This document shows positions 59,857-64,000 of a stretch of DNA of 64,000 nt, one piece after another. This DNA is from Basidiobolus meristosporus CBS 931.73 (lineage: Eukaryota > Fungi > Basidiobolomycota): assembly GCA_002104905.1 (NCBI GenBank), contig MCFE01000457.1, positions 1 to 64,000 on the forward strand, written 5' to 3'. How positions within the stretch are numbered: position 1 is the stretch's first letter; the number at the start of each line of letters is the position of its first letter. The notes below the pieces were generated by a model. The model made no database searches. It saw only the letters and a program-made list of their open reading frames with translations, and was not told the DNA's origin. Both the position numbers and the translations under genes were made by a program.

Positions 59857-61700
59857 TGTTATGATCTGCTGCTTGAATATTTAAGTTAGATCTGTTTTTA
59901 GTCAAATCAATTAGTTATATGCTTAGCTTATCACAGTATCAGTATAATTCATCAAGTTAGTAGCATTAGTCAGCAAATGAATCCACAGATCCATATCAGA
60001 CAGAGATAGATATAAGGTAGGATCTTATTGGGTGATGATGATTCAATCAAATGAGTCATGAGCCAAAGCCTAAATTGGCAAATACAATTAGTCACCAATT
60101 GATCTGGCAAAATGTATATAAGGAGCTGCTGGAACCTGAATAAAGATCAGTTCAGGTTTTAGTGAATACAATACTAGCTAAACTTCCTATTCCTCTACAA
60201 CTCTTGTACCAAGACTTGTAGCAATAGTATAATATATAAACAGTTACTTTAGTGTGAAGGTTAACTAGCACCAATGTATAGTCAATGAACAGATGCAAAC
60301 TTGGCTCTTTCAAGCTGAAGAAGCATTTATGATGAAGAAATTGCCCCAGGAGGCTAGCTGAATTATGCAAGACCTTACTTGTTGGTTGAAGCTTTGTAGA
60401 GGCACCGCAACAAGATCAGGTCAGCTACATTGATGGGACGCTGTTTCAACTCTACTGCATACATATATTTTGATAGGATTCAGGGTGCTTATGAGTCTCC
60501 ACCCCAGCAGACACTACTAAGGCAGATGCTGAAGACACTTAGACAGAAAGAAATGGATTGAGAATTCATCTGTCAGTATAGGTGTCTACTTTGACAGATT
60601 GAAAGACTTGACCCTATGATTGAATTGAGTACTTGACTGATAGGGTGAAAGACGCAACTTGCAAGGAGGCAAATTATTAAAGACCTCACACTACTGAAGA
60701 CAACATCAAGATTGCCATTGACTATGGCTCAGCTATACTTGTAGTTGGAATGCCAACAGTGACAAGCCAAAAGGCTACAATCACTACAACAGAGCACAAT
60801 CACAATAAGTGCCAATGGATATAAATGCTATGCAGCAGAATTCCAAATGAGAAGAATGTAAGAAGTAAGTACTTTGTTGCAATTGTTGCCAACATAGGCA
60901 TATACCAAAATACTGCCCCCAGAGAAGAAATGGACATTAGTCAACAAGAACCTTCCACACTATGGAAGTCCAAAAGCAAAGAGAGGTGAAAGAAGAGTTG
61001 GAGGAGCACTCAAAGCTCACCTTCCATATGCTGTATGAATACTATTCCTTTATGAACTCAAGCTTGGGAATACAATTGTACCTGAATGGAGTCATCAACG
61101 GAGTACCTGCCAAGATCATGATTGACTCAGGAGCATCGCATGAATACATGTCAGAGCAATTTGCTTTGAAAGCTGGAATCAACTCGGAACCTACCAAATC
61201 AACTTCAGTTTCCACAGCTGATGGGAACTCCCACATAATCAACCGTATTACCCAGCCAGTAAGAATGAATATCAATGACTATGAAGAAGACCTACAGGCT
61301 TATATATTTGGGAACTGCAAGTTTGACCTTGTACTTGGAAAAACCTGGCTATTTTGTTGTAATCCATCAATCAACTGGAGAACCCATGCTACTCAGATTC
61401 AAGACTCAGGAGCATTACACAAGTATATGTCAGAGCGGTTTTCCTTGATAAGGAAAATTGACTTGGAAGACACCAAATCAACATCAATCTCAATAGCCAA
61501 TTGGAGCTCTCAGATAACTGATCCTATTATTTGGCCAGTAAGAATGCGGATCAAAGAGAATGAGGGAGACCTAAAGGCCTACATGTTGGGGAAATTCAAA
61601 TCCGCTATGGTATTTGGAAAAACATGACTATTTGACCATAGTCCATCAATCAATTGGAAAACCCATACACTCAGATTTAAAATGATAATCAGACCTATCA
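59857..61700 (+). mobile_element. Gypsy family A, element 4 fragment: LTR (59857-60223) followed by diverged gag and protease
   Basis: TGTTATGATC...CTTGTAGCA; LYLNGVINGVPAKIMIDSGASHEYMS; truncated before RT. Confidence 0.8.
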
Positions 61701-63189
61701 GCTACTACCTGTTGTACTGGATTTTAACTTGGTCAGCCCCAACATGTGTGACACAACTGAGGATAGTATATCTCAGCTCTAGATCTGCAAAGCCACTGAG
61801 TGCAATGATGAAAAGTAAACTAATATTCAAGAGGCCACACAAAGTCATGTACATCATTGCCTTGAAGTGGGCATATAATGGGGCAACCAGAAATGCAAGA
61901 CCAAGAAGAACAACAAGATAAATCATAGCTAGGACCAGTCATGTTTAGTTTTGAGAATATTAGTCTTAGTATTGGATATTCTTATACAGAAAAATTGGCA
62001 AAGTTTTAAATGTTGATGTACAACAAGTAGCAAAGAGGCATCAGGTAACCCAATGACTGCTGATAAGGGACAATCAGGTAGAAACTGATGCCCTCATGCA
62101 GTATTTTTTTAAGAGAAAATGTAGTTCAATACAATAAGTACTCAGTCAAGGTGGTACTTAAGCAGCCAACACTGATGAGAACCAGCAGCATGCTCAGTAA
62201 CCCACCACAAATTCCACTAAAGGCATTGTGATAAGCTTTTGAGTTCTTAACATTGTTACTTTGTCTGTAAATGGGATCTCCACTTTATCAACTATGGAGG
62301 ATGTGGAGGCTGTGGTAGACACATTGCTTTTCTATGCAAACTCTTCTACCTTACTGGAGTGTGGCCCAACAAGCTATGCTTCCAACTCTTGTAAAAACAG
62401 CTGTTTTCTTGTTGATAACTCTTCATGGCTATCAGAAATGCTATGACAGGCCCCTTAGGAATCCATTTGCTTTTATCACTGCCAGGTCCTCTACTGCTAC
62501 CCTCACTGAGTGCCTCTTCAGCAGAACTACACTTTTTCCTTGGAAAATGCTGTGCTGATGCATCTGTGTCTGCCTGCTTTTCCCTTATTGACACCCTTCC
62601 AGCTACCTGATGTCACTTTGACACGTGTTTGGAGCTTTTGGCCCTACTTGTATTGGGCTCTTGAGGAAGCTGCTAATTTGTAGACATTGCACCCTTGTTC
62701 TTCTGCCTTTGATAGTTTCTGCTATTCTTAGGATACTGTCTTGGCATACCAATGCTGGCCCAAAATCTGTGTGCTAGCTTGAATTCAGGATAAAACTCAT
62801 GGATCAAGTCAGGTGCATTCTGCTTGGCCTTGAATGCTTGTTGCTTCCATGATATGCCAGCCATAAGGCCTTGTCATGCTAGACTTCTAAAAACCTCATG
62901 AATAATAGCCCACTCTTCAGCATTCCACTCAACAGCCTATTAGATCTTCAGTGTCTTATGATTTTTTAAGCTTTAGTTATATCCTAAATTTTCTTCCTCC
63001 CATGCTGTAATAGGTTTCTCTGTAGTGTTATCTTTGGGCAATGCTATAGTTCTTCAAAGACTGTTCAATATTCCTCTGCTGTTACAATGGGAAATGGCTC
63101 AATTCTAGTCTGTGACATTTAGCTACTTGAGTTCCTACTTTGCAGCAACAATACTGCTTTCTCTACCTGAGATGTTAATTGCTCTACAT

Positions 63190-64000
63190 CTTGAGTCTGC
63201 TCATCCTGTTTCTGGACTACTTCCTGATCACCTGGGCCATTGCATCTATACTATCTGCCACTGCACCTAATGGCCACATAAATGCTTTGGCATGAGCAGT
63301 CAATATACCTGCTAGTATTGGTGGTGGTGATGATATGACAGCCACGTGCTGGTCATCAACTGAAGGTGCTGCTTTTACTACATTCTCATCTGCCTCAGTA
63401 TTATGGTCTGCTTGCAGCTATGCAGAGATTCCCAATTGCCTACTTGACTGACAGCATGAGGTATTCACATTGTTACCTTCTGTGGGCACACCATCCACAG
63501 GAACTTTTTGGTTGTAGCCCTGCTTGTTGCACTGAAGGTCATAGCAAGCTGTTGTCCAACCCTTCTTCTGCTGCTGTCAATTGTGAAACTTTGTTGAGAA
63601 CCTGAAAACTTTGTTTTATTTTTTGGTGGCATGTATATGGAAGTGAGTCAAACCAAAAGGGAAATGGTGTTATATATATTTGTATAGGTGATGCCACAAC
63701 ATTAATTATAATGCTTACTATGGCAAGTCATCACTGAATCTTCCATTTGTGTACGTGCAATGTCTCATGTACAAGGCTGCCTCAATTTCTCATGAGTATT
63801 AATAAAAAAGTGATGTAATAGTGTTATGTTGTTGAGTGTCAAACTGTTTGCCCCATGGACAGGACTACTCTGATTCAATGCTGTATGAGAAGAAAAAAAC
63901 ACCATGTGGCTATTGTAGCAGGTATCCTGGCCATTACACATGCCAAAAGCACAGGAAGTATTTCAAGGATCATGGCCAGTGTTTTGCTGAGCAAGTCACA
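63190..64000 (+). mobile_element. Second copy of the CACTA-like element (divergent-ORF region and transposase 5' end); runs off the window
   Basis: Colinear with 28660-29418 plus 29633-29680; lacks MITE1. Confidence 0.75.

Overview
Eukaryotic, intron-containing DNA. It most resembles an early-diverging fungus with a TE-inflated genome, such as Entomophthorales/Zoopagomycota; this is an inference from gene content, short introns and repeat load. The window has two compartments. (1) ~960-22900 is a CpG-normal gene island: intronless beta-tubulin (Met at position 198), Pho80/PCL cyclin, VDAC, peroxisomal acyl/oxalyl-CoA ligase, a stand-alone EXD2-C-terminal HNH-like protein, a secreted tyrosinase, an Atos/FAM214 homologue with an Atg13-like HORMA N-terminus, and an orphan tail-anchored ORF. 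(2) 1-960 and ~22900-64000 are a strongly CpG-depleted, multiply nested transposon graveyard: two copia families, a Ty3/gypsy family nested in itself, a 1.07-kb solo-LTR family, CACTA-like remnants and unclassified repeats. The standout is a complete 3418-bp PIF/Harbinger-type DNA transposon at 37250-40667, with 11-bp TIRs and a TAT TSD. It has two intact head-to-head ORFs: an almost CpG-free DDE transposase and a trihelix/Myb-like partner. They share a CpG-retaining, ApT-dense promoter island, and two MITE derivatives lie elsewhere in the window. Exon boundaries, TSDs and counts were read by hand; no database searches were run.
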